Below are positions 8,855 through 15,721 of a stretch of DNA of 28,625 nucleotides, piece after piece (position 1 is the stretch's first letter; every line of letters starts with the position of its first letter). The stretch is taken from contig CAVPJD010000006.1 of NCBI GenBank assembly GCA_963705165.1, forward strand, positions 1 to 28,625, written 5' to 3'. Made by a program: the position numbers and the translations under genes. The DNA comes from an uncultured delta proteobacterium. Its GTDB lineage: Bacteria > Desulfobacterota > Syntrophia > Syntrophales > UBA2192. The notes beneath the pieces are model-generated. The model made no database searches and was not told the DNA's origin. It worked only from the letters and a program-made list of their open reading frames with translations.

Positions 8855-8946
8855 TGATCAGTGGCTAGTGGCCGAGTGACCAGTGAATAGAAAATACCCT
8901 CCTCTCGGTCCTTCACTAGCCACAAGTCACTAACCACAAGCCACTG
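8852..8946. repeat. Inverted pair of period-7 arms (YAGTGRC family)
   Basis: TAGTGAT CAGTGGC TAGTGGCC GAGTGAC CAGTGAA, 24-nt loop, TTCACTA GCCACAA GTCACTA ACCACAA GCCACTG; the first TAG is the fdhE stop. Confidence 0.9.
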
Positions 8947-8962
8947 CAGACCCATCCATCCC

Positions 8963-9622
8963 ATGAAAGACAAAGACATCCATGCCGTCATGCGGTTGCT
9001 CGAGCGAGAGCTTGAGCAATTCGGCCTGCCGCCCGTGTCGGCCATGGCTGAAGAGGCGATCGTCGATCCTTTCAAGATCCTCATCTCCACGATCATCAGC
9101 GCGCGAACGAAGGACGAGGTGACGGGTCCAGCCACGGAGCGGCTCTTTGCACTGGCCATCTCGCCTGCAACGATGTCGGCGCTGCCCGAGGAGAAGATCG
9201 AGAAGGCCATCTTTCCCGCCGGGTTCTACCACACGAAGGCCAAGGCCATCCGCAGGGCAGCGAAGGAACTCGTCGAGCGGTTCGCCTCGTGCGTTCCCGA
9301 CACGATCGAGGAGCTGTTGACGCTTCCCGGCGTGGGGCGAAAGACGGCAAACCTCGTCGTCACACTGGCCCACAACAAGGCGGGCATCTGCGTCGATACC
9401 CACGTCCACCGCATCACGAACCGCTGGGGCTATGTAAAGACGAAAACGCCCCATGAAACGGAGCAGGCCCTGCGGGAAAAGCTCCCGAAGAAGCACTGGA
9501 TCGCCATCAACACGATCCTCGTCATGCACGGTCAGAACATCTGCAAGCCCGTCTCGCCCTTCTGCAGCCGCTGCCCCGTCTCAAAATACTGCGCCCGCAT
9601 CGGCGTGACCCGCAGCCGGTAA
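8963..9622 (+). CDS. nth: Endonuclease III
   Basis: HhH LPGVGRKTAN, VDTHVHR, FCL motif CKPVSPFCSRCPVSKYC. Confidence 0.96.
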   Translation: MKDKDIHAVMRLLERELEQFGLPPVSAMAEEAIVDPFKILISTIISARTKDEVTGPATERLFALAISPATMSALPEEKIEKAIFPAGFYHTKAKAIRRAAKELVERFASCVPDTIEELLTLPGVGRKTANLVVTLAHNKAGICVDTHVHRITNRWGYVKTKTPHETEQALREKLPKKHWIAINTILVMHGQNICKPVSPFCSRCPVSKYCARIGVTRSR

Positions 9623-9627
9623 TGGAT

Positions 9628-9668
9628 AAAAAAGAAAAGCCGGGCGGATTGCCCGGCTTTTCTTTTTT
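9628..9668. terminator. Bidirectional intrinsic terminator
   Basis: AAAAAAGAAAAGCCGGGC-GGATT-GCCCGGCTTTTCTTTTTT between convergent genes. Confidence 0.9.
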
Positions 9669-9693
9669 CACTGACCACTAGCCACTAACCACT
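9668..9693 (-). repeat. Lone period-7 arm (YAGTGRC family) between the lipoprotein stop and terminator
   Basis: Plus strand TCACTGA CCACTAG CCACTAA CCACT. Confidence 0.8.
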
Positions 9694-9713
9694 TTTTTCA
9701 CACTGTCTCTGTC

Positions 9714-10376
9714 TCAGCCTTTGGGTGCGGGTACGGGTGCAGGCGCTGGTGCAGGTGCTGCCGCAGGCGCGGGCACGGGTGCGGCCGCAGCCGGGACCTG
9801 CATGCCGAGGGCCGTCATCACCTCCACGGCCTTTTCCTTCACGGTCTTCGCCTTGGCCAGCGCGTCGGCCAGGTTGCCTCCGGTGGAAGCGGCCTTCGCT
9901 TCATCCCACATCTTGGCAGCCGCCTCGTAGCCGTCCTTGGCGCCCTCCATTTTCGCCTTGTCGAGGTTCGCGGGCAGCTTCTTGCTCTGCGAGAGGATGT
10001 CGAGTCGGCTCTTGATCGCATCGAGCATCTGGGGCAGGCCCCCGCTCATCTCCTCCCAGCTCTTCGCCAGCTCGGCCTTTTTCGCCGTGGCGGCAGCCGT
10101 CAGCGCTTTGACCCTGTCGGGGATGACCTTGGCCGATTCGAGCGCCGCATCGAAGTTGCCCTTGTCAAAATTCTCCTTCGCGCCCTTGATCGCGTCTTCC
10201 ACGCCCTTGGCCTGGTCGGGAATGTACTTCACCACCTCGCCCTTGACGGCGTTCCAGGATTCTTCTGCCACTTTGATCGCGGCAGCCGCCGGCTCCTTGT
10301 TGCTCGCGGCACAAGCCGCCAGGAACAGGCCGATGACGACAAACAGAATGGGGATCAGGTACTTCTTCGACTTCAT
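9714..10376 (-). CDS. Hypothetical alpha-helical lipoprotein with Pro/Ala-rich tail
   Basis: MKSKKY + hydrophobic core + lipobox LAA-C; Ala/Lys-rich helices; PAAAAPVPAPAAAPAPAPAPVPAP tail; SD AGGAGG. Confidence 0.85.
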   Translation of the reverse strand: MKSKKYLIPILFVVIGLFLAACAASNKEPAAAAIKVAEESWNAVKGEVVKYIPDQAKGVEDAIKGAKENFDKGNFDAALESAKVIPDRVKALTAAATAKKAELAKSWEEMSGGLPQMLDAIKSRLDILSQSKKLPANLDKAKMEGAKDGYEAAAKMWDEAKAASTGGNLADALAKAKTVKEKAVEVMTALGMQVPAAAAPVPAPAAAPAPAPAPVPAPKG

Positions 10377-10394
10377 CTCGGTTCCTCCTTTTCT

Positions 10395-10604
10395 TCAGGG
10401 AATGCGTAATTTCTGACCGATCTTGATCAAATCCGGATTCTTGAGGATGTCCTTGTTTGCCTCGAAGATCTTCATGTACAGATTGGGATCGCCGTAGTAT
10501 TTTTTCGAAATCTTCGACAGCGTTTCCCCTTTCTCCACGACGTGCCATTGCGTGGCATCCCACGCATCGGACCCCGTGCCCTGCTGCTTTTCCTCGTCTG
10601 CCAT
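10395..10604 (-). CDS. Small LysM-domain protein (Kbp/YgaU-type LysM)
   Basis: [57 protein letters not shown]. Confidence 0.92.
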   Translation of the reverse strand: MADEEKQQGTGSDAWDATQWHVVEKGETLSKISKKYYGDPNLYMKIFEANKDILKNPDLIKIGQKLRIP

Positions 10605-10671
10605 GGTTCAGGCCCTCCTTTTCCGGTTCAACACGCAAGGCTGCTCTGCACCTTTTGTTGCATCGCGCGCT

Positions 10672-10700
10672 ATTTTAACGAATCCAACGGACCGGCGCAA
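10672..10700 (-). promoter_or_regulatory. Putative sigma70 promoter of the LysM-lipoprotein pair
   Basis: TTGCGC, 17 bp, TAAAAT on the minus strand. Confidence 0.55.
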
Positions 10701-10701
10701 C

Positions 10702-10730
10702 AAAAAAGGCCGGGCATCCGCCCGGCCTTT
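10702..10730 (-). terminator. Intrinsic terminator after the cysteine synthase-CysRS-like gene
   Basis: Minus strand AAAGGCCGGGC-GGAT-GCCCGGCC-TTTTTT. Confidence 0.85.
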
Positions 10731-10794
10731 ATGTTCTTTACTGTCGTCCCGATGCCTGAGCCTGTGCCTGCGGCCCTGCGGCACGGCTGAGTCC

Positions 10795-12012
10795 TCACTT
10801 CTTCTTCCACGTCGTTCCCGTCGGGCCGTCCTGTATCACGATCCCCATTTCGAGCAACCGGTCGCGGAACTCGTCGGCCTCCTTCCAGCGTTTGGCTTTC
10901 CGCAGTTCGTTGCGTTGATCCAGGAGGTGCTGCGCATCGTCGCCGAGCCTCTCCTCCTCGAAGTCCATGACGGCAAGCACCGAGTCGATCGACTTGAGGG
11001 CCTCCAGGATCTTATCGCGCTCCTTTTCGCTGAAGGCGCTGCGGGCAAGCGACGCGCTCACCCGCTTGACGAATCCGAACAGGACGGCGAGTGCCGCCGA
11101 AATGTTCAGATCGTCGTCCATGGCCTCGGCAAACCCGTGCCGGAGATCGTAGACAAACTGGTCCGTGTCCGGGCAGCCCACGCCCGGCGTGAAGTGGATG
11201 AGCCGCTGGATGAATTCGTTGAGCTTCTCGACGGTGTTTTTCGCTGTCTCCATGGCCCCGGGCGAGAAGTTCAGCGGCTTGCGGTAGTGCGACGAGAGCA
11301 GGAAGTAGCGGATCTCGCTTCCCCGGTAACCCTGCTGCTCCAGACCCGCAACCGTGAGGATGTTGCCCAGCGAGCGCGACATCTTCTTTCCCTCGACCAT
11401 CACGAGATCCGTGTTGATCCAGTAGTTGGCGGGGGGCTTTCCCGTGGCGGCCTTCCCGATGGCGAGCACGTTCTCGCAGTGCGGGAAGACGATGTCGGAG
11501 CCGCTGGCGTGGATGTCGAAGGTGTCGCCGAGGGTTTTCATGGACAGGGCCGCGCAGGCCAGGTGCCAGCTCGGCCGCACGTTTCCCCAGCGGGTCTTGT
11601 AGTAGATCCCCTTCTTGAGCTCCGCGAGCGTGGAGCGCTTGAGCAGGGTGAAGTCGACAGGGCTGTCCTTTTCGTACTCGTCGAACTCGATGGTCTTGCC
11701 GGACTTCACCTTGCTGAGGTCCACGTTGGAGAGCTTGCCGTAGTCCTCGAGCTTGGAGATGTCGAAGTAGACGGAGCGCAGCTTCTCGTAGGCGTAACCC
11801 TTCTCGACGAGCTTCTCCACGAGGCCCAGCATGGCTTCCACGTTTTCCTGCGCGCTCGGGTAGGAAACGTCGTTGCGGATCCGGAGCGTCTCGGTCTCCC
11901 GGAGAAATTCGCCGAAGGCCCGTTTCGTGAATTCGCCGTGCTCCAGCCCCTCGCGCTCGGCTCCGGCAATCGTCTTGTCCGTGAGATCGACGATGTTGGT
12001 CGTGTGTTTCAC
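10795..12012 (-). CDS. cysS: CysRS-like C-terminal portion of the fusion (catalytic, DALR and anticodon-binding regions)
   Basis: SVYFDI, DFTLLK, WG..RPSWHLACA, FDIHASGSDIVFPHCEN, KMSRSLGN, RYFLLSSHYRKPLNF, AMDDDLN, WKEADEFRD.L...GI...D...GTTW; lacks its own HIGH region. Confidence 0.8.
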   Translation of the reverse strand: MKHTTNIVDLTDKTIAGAEREGLEHGEFTKRAFGEFLRETETLRIRNDVSYPSAQENVEAMLGLVEKLVEKGYAYEKLRSVYFDISKLEDYGKLSNVDLSKVKSGKTIEFDEYEKDSPVDFTLLKRSTLAELKKGIYYKTRWGNVRPSWHLACAALSMKTLGDTFDIHASGSDIVFPHCENVLAIGKAATGKPPANYWINTDLVMVEGKKMSRSLGNILTVAGLEQQGYRGSEIRYFLLSSHYRKPLNFSPGAMETAKNTVEKLNEFIQRLIHFTPGVGCPDTDQFVYDLRHGFAEAMDDDLNISAALAVLFGFVKRVSASLARSAFSEKERDKILEALKSIDSVLAVMDFEEERLGDDAQHLLDQRNELRKAKRWKEADEFRDRLLEMGIVIQDGPTGTTWKKK

Positions 12013-13105
12013 CTTGTACCCCTTCGAATCCCAGGTACCGGACGATCAGGTCCGAGACGACAAAGCGCCGGTAGCTCCCGAGGTGCGGCACGAGGTGGAT
12101 CGAGGGGCCGGAGGACGTCATCCGGACCTCCTCGGCGCGGATGGGCTGAAAGAACTCCTTCTGCCTGGTGCGAACGTTGTAAACCCGAAGCGTCGACTTC
12201 TCCTTGTCGGCAAAGAGCTCCGTCGAGAGGTAGCGCTCGGCGCTGTCGGGGAGGATGACGACGATGAGTCCCTTGTTGAGCTCCTTCGCCTTCTCGACGG
12301 CCACGTGCATGGCCGCCCCGCAGCTCATCCCGGCGAAAATCCCCTCCTCTCGCAGCAGCCTCCGGGCCATCTCGTAGGCGTCCTCGTCGAGGATGTTCAC
12401 CGTCTCGTCGAGGCGGCTTCGGTCGAAGATCCCCGGCCGGTAGGACTCCTTCATGTTCTTGAGGCCCTGGATCTTGTGCCCCATGTAGGGCTCGACGCCG
12501 ACGATCCGGATGTCGGGGTTGTATTCCTTGAGGCGCTTCGCGCAGCCCATAATCGTCCCGGAGGTGCCGAGGGTGGCCACCAGCAGGGTGACCTTCCCCC
12601 CGGTCTGTTGCCAGATCTCCACGGCCGTGCCGTAGTAGTGGGCGGCAAGGTTGTCCTCGCTGTTGAACTGGTCGACGAGGAAGTACTTGTCGGGGTTTTC
12701 GCGCATGAGGGTGTAGGCTTCCTCGATGGCGCCGTCGGTTCCGAGGGCGGCGGGCGTGAACCGCAGCTCCGCCCCGAGGGCCTTGAGGATTTTTTTGCGC
12801 TCCTCGCTGGCCGATTCGGACAGGGTGAGGCACAGGCGGTAGCCCTTGGCGGCTGCCACCATGGCAAGCCCGATCCCCGTGTTGCCGCTCGTCGCCTCGA
12901 GGATGATCTTGTCGTGCGTGAGCTCGCCCCGCTCCTCGGCCCGCTCGATCATGTAGAGGGCCGGCCGGTCCTTCACGGACCCTCCCGGGTTGAAGCTCTC
13001 GAGCTTCGCGTAGATCTTCACATTCTTGTTGGGGTTGAGTTTGCGGATCTCGACGAGCGGCGTGTTGCCGATGGTCTTGAGAACCCCCTCGAATAGTTCC
13101 CTCAT
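11012..13105 (-). CDS. PLP-dependent cysteine synthase (CysM/CysK) N-terminal portion of the fusion; residues after about 12020 are out-of-frame read-through
   Basis: IGNTPLV, KLESFNPGGSVKDR (PLP Lys), EATSGNTGIGLA, DQFN, GTSGT, HKIQGL, ILPDSAERYLST. Confidence 0.8.
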   Translation of the reverse strand: MRELFEGVLKTIGNTPLVEIRKLNPNKNVKIYAKLESFNPGGSVKDRPALYMIERAEERGELTHDKIILEATSGNTGIGLAMVAAAKGYRLCLTLSESASEERKKILKALGAELRFTPAALGTDGAIEEAYTLMRENPDKYFLVDQFNSEDNLAAHYYGTAVEIWQQTGGKVTLLVATLGTSGTIMGCAKRLKEYNPDIRIVGVEPYMGHKIQGLKNMKESYRPGIFDRSRLDETVNILDEDAYEMARRLLREEGIFAGMSCGAAMHVAVEKAKELNKGLIVVILPDSAERYLSTELFADKEKSTLRVYNVRTRQKEFFQPIRAEEVRMTSSGPSIHLVPHLGSYRRFVVSDLIVRYLGFEGVQGETHDQHRRSHGQDDCRSRARGAGARRIHETGLRRISPGDRDAPDPQRRFLPERAGKRGSHAGPRGEARREGLRLREAALRLLRHLQARGLRQALQRGPQQGEVRQDHRVRRVRKGQPCRLHPAQALHARGAQEGDLLQDPLGKRAAELAPGLRGPVHENPRRHLRHPRQRLRHRLPALRERARHREGRHGKAPRQLLDQHGSRDGRGKEDVALAGQHPHGCGSGAAGLPGKRDPLLPALVALPQAAELLARGHGDSEKHRREAQRIHPAAHPLHAGRGLPGHGPVCLRSPARVCRGHGRRSEHFGGTRRPVRIRQAGERVACPQRLQRKGAR

Positions 13106-13125
13106 GTCACCCCTCTTTAAAAGAC

Positions 13126-13228
13126 GAAGGTAAGAGGTTGAGAAGGTGAGAAGTTTGGAGAATCCATCCAGTCACGCTCACAGCCGTGCGTTTTCTTCCA
13201 CTTCTTACCTTCTTACCCTCTTACCTTC
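13126..13228. repeat. Inverted pair of period-8 arms (GAAGKTAA family)
   Basis: GAAGGTAA GAGGTTGA GAAGGTGA GAAGTTTG ... TTCCACTTC TTACCTTC TTACCCTC TTACCTTC. Confidence 0.9.
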
Positions 13229-13268
13229 TCGCGATAGCCGCCGCACAGCGGCGCTTCTTTCTCCTCTT

Positions 13269-13392
13269 CAGGCGGGTCAAGAATGCCCAGATGCAAGGCC
13301 CCCGAAGCCCCGAGGACTGAGGCGTACTTGGCGTACGCCGCAGGGACGAGGGGTGAGGGAAACGCCGCAGATGGGCGTTCTTCACCCGCCTG
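13269..13392. mobile_element. ~124-bp palindromic MITE/REP-like non-autonomous element
   Basis: Imperfect terminal inverted repeats CAGGCGGGTcAAGAAtGCCCAgaTGC ... GCAgaTGGGCgTTCTTcACCCGCCTG and internal hairpin GGCGTAC-ttggc-GTACGCC; no credible coding capacity. Confidence 0.65.
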
Positions 13393-13393
13393 G

Positions 13394-13813
13394 TCAGCTG
13401 TCGAACTTGGGCACCGGGATCTTCACAAACTCCACACCCTCTTCGCGAAGCGTCTCCTCCTCCTTGTTCGTCGTGACCCCGCGGATGTTGCGCTTGCTTT
13501 CCTCCCCGCGGTGGATTTTCAGGGCCACCTCGGCGAACCGCTCGCCCACGTCGTCGAAATTTTTCGAAACGAAGTCGTGAACCATCTCCAGCATTTTCAT
13601 CGGGGAGACGTCGGTCAGGTTCGCTTTGCGCTCTTTCAGTTCGCGGCTCTTGCCCATGACGGCAATCGAGGAAGGCACCATGGCCACCTCCGCACTGCCG
13701 CACAAAGGGCAGGTGATGAGCTTCTGCGCCTTTTGCTGTTCGAAAGCGGCCAGATCCTTGAACCAGCCCTCGAATTTGTGCTGTTTGTTACACTTGAGAT
13801 CATAGATGATCAC
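13394..13813 (-). CDS. DUF1178 family zinc-ribbon protein
   Basis: IIYDLKC...H.FEGWF....FE.Q.....I.CP.CGS, DVGERFAE.A.KIH.GE...R.IRG......L.EEG; start at GTG 13813. Confidence 0.92.
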   Translation of the reverse strand: MIIYDLKCNKQHKFEGWFKDLAAFEQQKAQKLITCPLCGSAEVAMVPSSIAVMGKSRELKERKANLTDVSPMKMLEMVHDFVSKNFDDVGERFAEVALKIHRGEESKRNIRGVTTNKEEETLREEGVEFVKIPVPKFDS

Positions 13814-13936
13814 GATACTCTTTCTCCGTGTGGAATTTCTGCGGGCCTGATCCGGTCCTGTCTCGAACATAATCATCAAGATCTGCGGCGGCAAGCCTCT
13901 TCATCCATTCCCTAGAGGCTTAGTAGCAAAAAACAA

Positions 13937-13965
13937 TGGACTTTTAAAGACAAATTATATATCTT
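13937..13965 (+). promoter_or_regulatory. Putative sigma70 promoter of the tRNA gene
   Basis: TGGACT, 17 bp, TATCTT, then a GC-rich discriminator GCCGCG. Confidence 0.55.
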
Positions 13966-13973
13966 TGCCGCGT

Positions 13974-14050
13974 CGGGATGTGGCCCAGCCTGGTAGGGCA
14001 CTGCGTTCGGGACGCAGGAGTCGCGCGTTCGAATCGCGCCATCCCGACCA
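13974..14050 (+). tRNA. tRNA-Pro (anticodon CGG)
   Basis: Acceptor CGGGATG/CATCCCG, D-loop AGCCTGGTA, anticodon arm CTGCG-TTCGGGA-CGCAG, T-arm GCGCG-TTCGAAT-CGCGC, encoded ACCA; 77 nt. Confidence 0.98.
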
Positions 14051-14064
14051 TTTCTTTACCCACT

Positions 14065-14104
14065 AAAAAGCCCCCGCCCGGAATTCCCGGACGGGGGGCT
14101 TTTT
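14065..14104. terminator. Bidirectional terminator between tRNA-Pro and pilC
   Basis: AAAAAGCCCCC...GGGGGCTTTTT hairpin. Confidence 0.85.
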
Positions 14105-14145
14105 GTCTGCTCGGCTGTGTTTGATCTTTCCCTGTTTTTGTCTTC

Positions 14146-14179
14146 GCCTTAAGCCTTTTGCCTTATGCCTTAAGCCTTT
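14146..14179 (-). repeat. Lone period-7 arm (GGCTTAA family) just after the pilC stop
   Basis: Plus strand GCCTTAA GCCTTTT GCCTTAT GCCTTAA GCCTTT. Confidence 0.85.
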
Positions 14180-14181
14180 CC

Positions 14182-15387
14182 CTATCCCACAACCGCGCCG
14201 AGCTGGAATATCGGCAGGTACATCGCCACGATCATCCCGCCCACGACGCCGCCCAGGAAGACCATGAGAATGGGCTCGAGCATGGACGTCAAGGCGTTAA
14301 CGGCCGTCTCCACCTCGTCGTCGTAGAAGTCGGCGATCTTGCTGAGCATGGAGTCGAGGGACCCTGTCGCCTCGCCGACGGCGATCATCTGAACGACCAT
14401 GGGAGGAAAGACGCTCGTTGCAGCCAGCGGCTCGGCGATCGTCTTGCCTTCGCTGATGTTCTTGCGCGTCTCCATGAGGGCCTTCTCGACGACCTTGTTC
14501 CCGGCGGTGCGGCTCACGATCTCGAGCCCGTCGAGGATGGGTACGCCGCTGGAGATCAGGGTGGAGAGCGTCCGCGTGAACTTGGCAATGGCCACTTTCC
14601 TCATGAGCGGGCCGATCACGGGGGGCTTGAGAATAAACCGGTCGAAAAGAGACCGCCCCTTGTCCGTCTGGTAGAAGCGGACCAGAAGCACGATGGCAAC
14701 GACGAATGCAGCCACGATATAGAGGGAATTATTCGTGATCAAGTTGCTCAGGTCGATAAGCGACTGCGTCAGCCAGGGAAGCTCCTTCCCCATCCCGGCG
14801 AAGATGGTCTGGAAGACGGGTACGACCTTGACGAGCAGCAGGGTGATGACGGCAAACGAGATGAAGAGAACGACGGCCGGGTAGGTCATGGCCCCCTTGA
14901 CCTTGCGTTGCAGCTTCGCGGACTTTTCCAGGTAGGTGGCCAGACGGTTCAGGATCGTGTCGAGGATACCTCCGGCCTCGCCTGCGGCGATCATGTTGCA
15001 GAAAAGATCGTTGAAGACTTTCGGATGCTTCCGCAGGGCGTCGGTAAGGGTGGAGCCGCCCTCGATGTCTTCCTTGATGGCACGAATGACCCGGGCAAAG
15101 GACTTGTTCTGTTCCTGGGTGGCCAGGATGTCGAGGCACTGGATGAGCGGAAGACCCGCGCTGATCATTGTCGAGAACTGGCGGGAAAAGATAACGACAT
15201 CCTTCCCTTTGACGCCCCCCCGGAAGGGGATCATTTCCAGGAGATCTTTCGGCTTTCCCTTTACGCGGGTCGGTTTGAGACCCTGCCTGCGGAGTTGTGT
15301 GCGAACGGCCGCCTCATTGATGGCCTCCGTTTCGCCTTTTTTGACCTCGCCGGCCCTTCCCTGGGCTACCCAAACATAAACTGCCAT
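14182..15387 (-). CDS. pilC: Type IV pilus inner-membrane platform protein (T2SSF family)
   Basis: FSRQFSTMISAGLPL, AGEAGG.LD..L.RLA, AMTYP, VGEATGSLD.ML.KIADFY, EPI...MYLPIF. Confidence 0.95.
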   Translation of the reverse strand: MAVYVWVAQGRAGEVKKGETEAINEAAVRTQLRRQGLKPTRVKGKPKDLLEMIPFRGGVKGKDVVIFSRQFSTMISAGLPLIQCLDILATQEQNKSFARVIRAIKEDIEGGSTLTDALRKHPKVFNDLFCNMIAAGEAGGILDTILNRLATYLEKSAKLQRKVKGAMTYPAVVLFISFAVITLLLVKVVPVFQTIFAGMGKELPWLTQSLIDLSNLITNNSLYIVAAFVVAIVLLVRFYQTDKGRSLFDRFILKPPVIGPLMRKVAIAKFTRTLSTLISSGVPILDGLEIVSRTAGNKVVEKALMETRKNISEGKTIAEPLAATSVFPPMVVQMIAVGEATGSLDSMLSKIADFYDDEVETAVNALTSMLEPILMVFLGGVVGGMIVAMYLPIFQLGAVVG

Positions 15388-15552
15388 AGTCGTTCTCCTC
15401 GATTCATCAAGTGCTTCAGGCTTTTACCGGAGCGTCGCGAAAAAATCGCGAAGTCACACATGCCCCACCTTTTCTTATCATCGGCATTTTTCCGGATTTC
15501 TTAATCCCGATCTGCCGGATCACGCAAGGCAAGGGTGTGTGCTGCAAAGGGA

Positions 15553-15568
15553 AGCAAAATCGGTGCCA
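15553..15568 (-). promoter_or_regulatory. Sigma54 (-24/-12) promoter upstream of pilC
   Basis: Minus strand TGGCAC-CGATT-TTGCT, an exact consensus match, about 165 nt upstream of the ATG. Confidence 0.8.
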
Positions 15569-15596
15569 TGGGGTGGAACCGGGCTGGCCAGAATCA

Positions 15597-15696
15597 GAGG
15601 GTAAGAGGGTTTGAAGGTGAGAAGGTTGGAAAATCGGAGCGTAAGCGTTGGCCTCGGGCTTATCCAACGTTCTTACCCTCTCACCTTCTTACCTTC
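15597..15696. repeat. Inverted pair of period-8 arms (GAAGKTAA family)
   Basis: GAGGGTAA GAGGGTTT GAAGGTGA GAAGGTTG GA ... TCCAACGTTC TTACCCTC TCACCTTC TTACCTTC. Confidence 0.9.
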
Positions 15697-15721
15697 TCTT
15701 GCCGGCAGGATGCCGCCCCAC

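Larger units (their letters stand above)
10795..13105 (-). pseudogene. Cysteine synthase / cysteinyl-tRNA-synthetase-like fusion (769 aa if repaired), interrupted by a +1 frameshift at about 12013-12045 (real lesion or sequence error)
   Basis: Frame 1 has CysM/CysK plus the CysRS N-terminus (LRVYN..TRQKE.F.P...GPS...HLG..R.FVVSDLIVRYL); the shifted frame continues KGYKVKHTTNIVDLTDKTI. Removing one base joins them. Confidence 0.75.

Noticed and set aside
9721..9795. GCAGGC/GCGGGT-like 6-nt repeats
   Set aside because: Coding low-complexity sequence for the Pro/Ala tail of the lipoprotein.
10754..10780. GCCTGN period-6 run downstream of the cys fusion stop
   Set aside because: Only about four loose units with no partner arm; too weak to assign to the repeat system.
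11012..12012. C-terminal ~330 aa of the 697-aa track ORF
   Set aside because: Arg/Pro/Gly-rich off-frame translation over the true CysRS-like frame.
13146..13915. ORFs 13146-13580, 13221-13703 and 13283-13915
   Set aside because: They run through the repeat, the MITE-like element and DUF1178 in other frames or strands; no transposase motifs.
13974..14050. tRNA-Pro as an integration site of an island or prophage
   Set aside because: No integrase and no duplicated tRNA 3' end found in the window.
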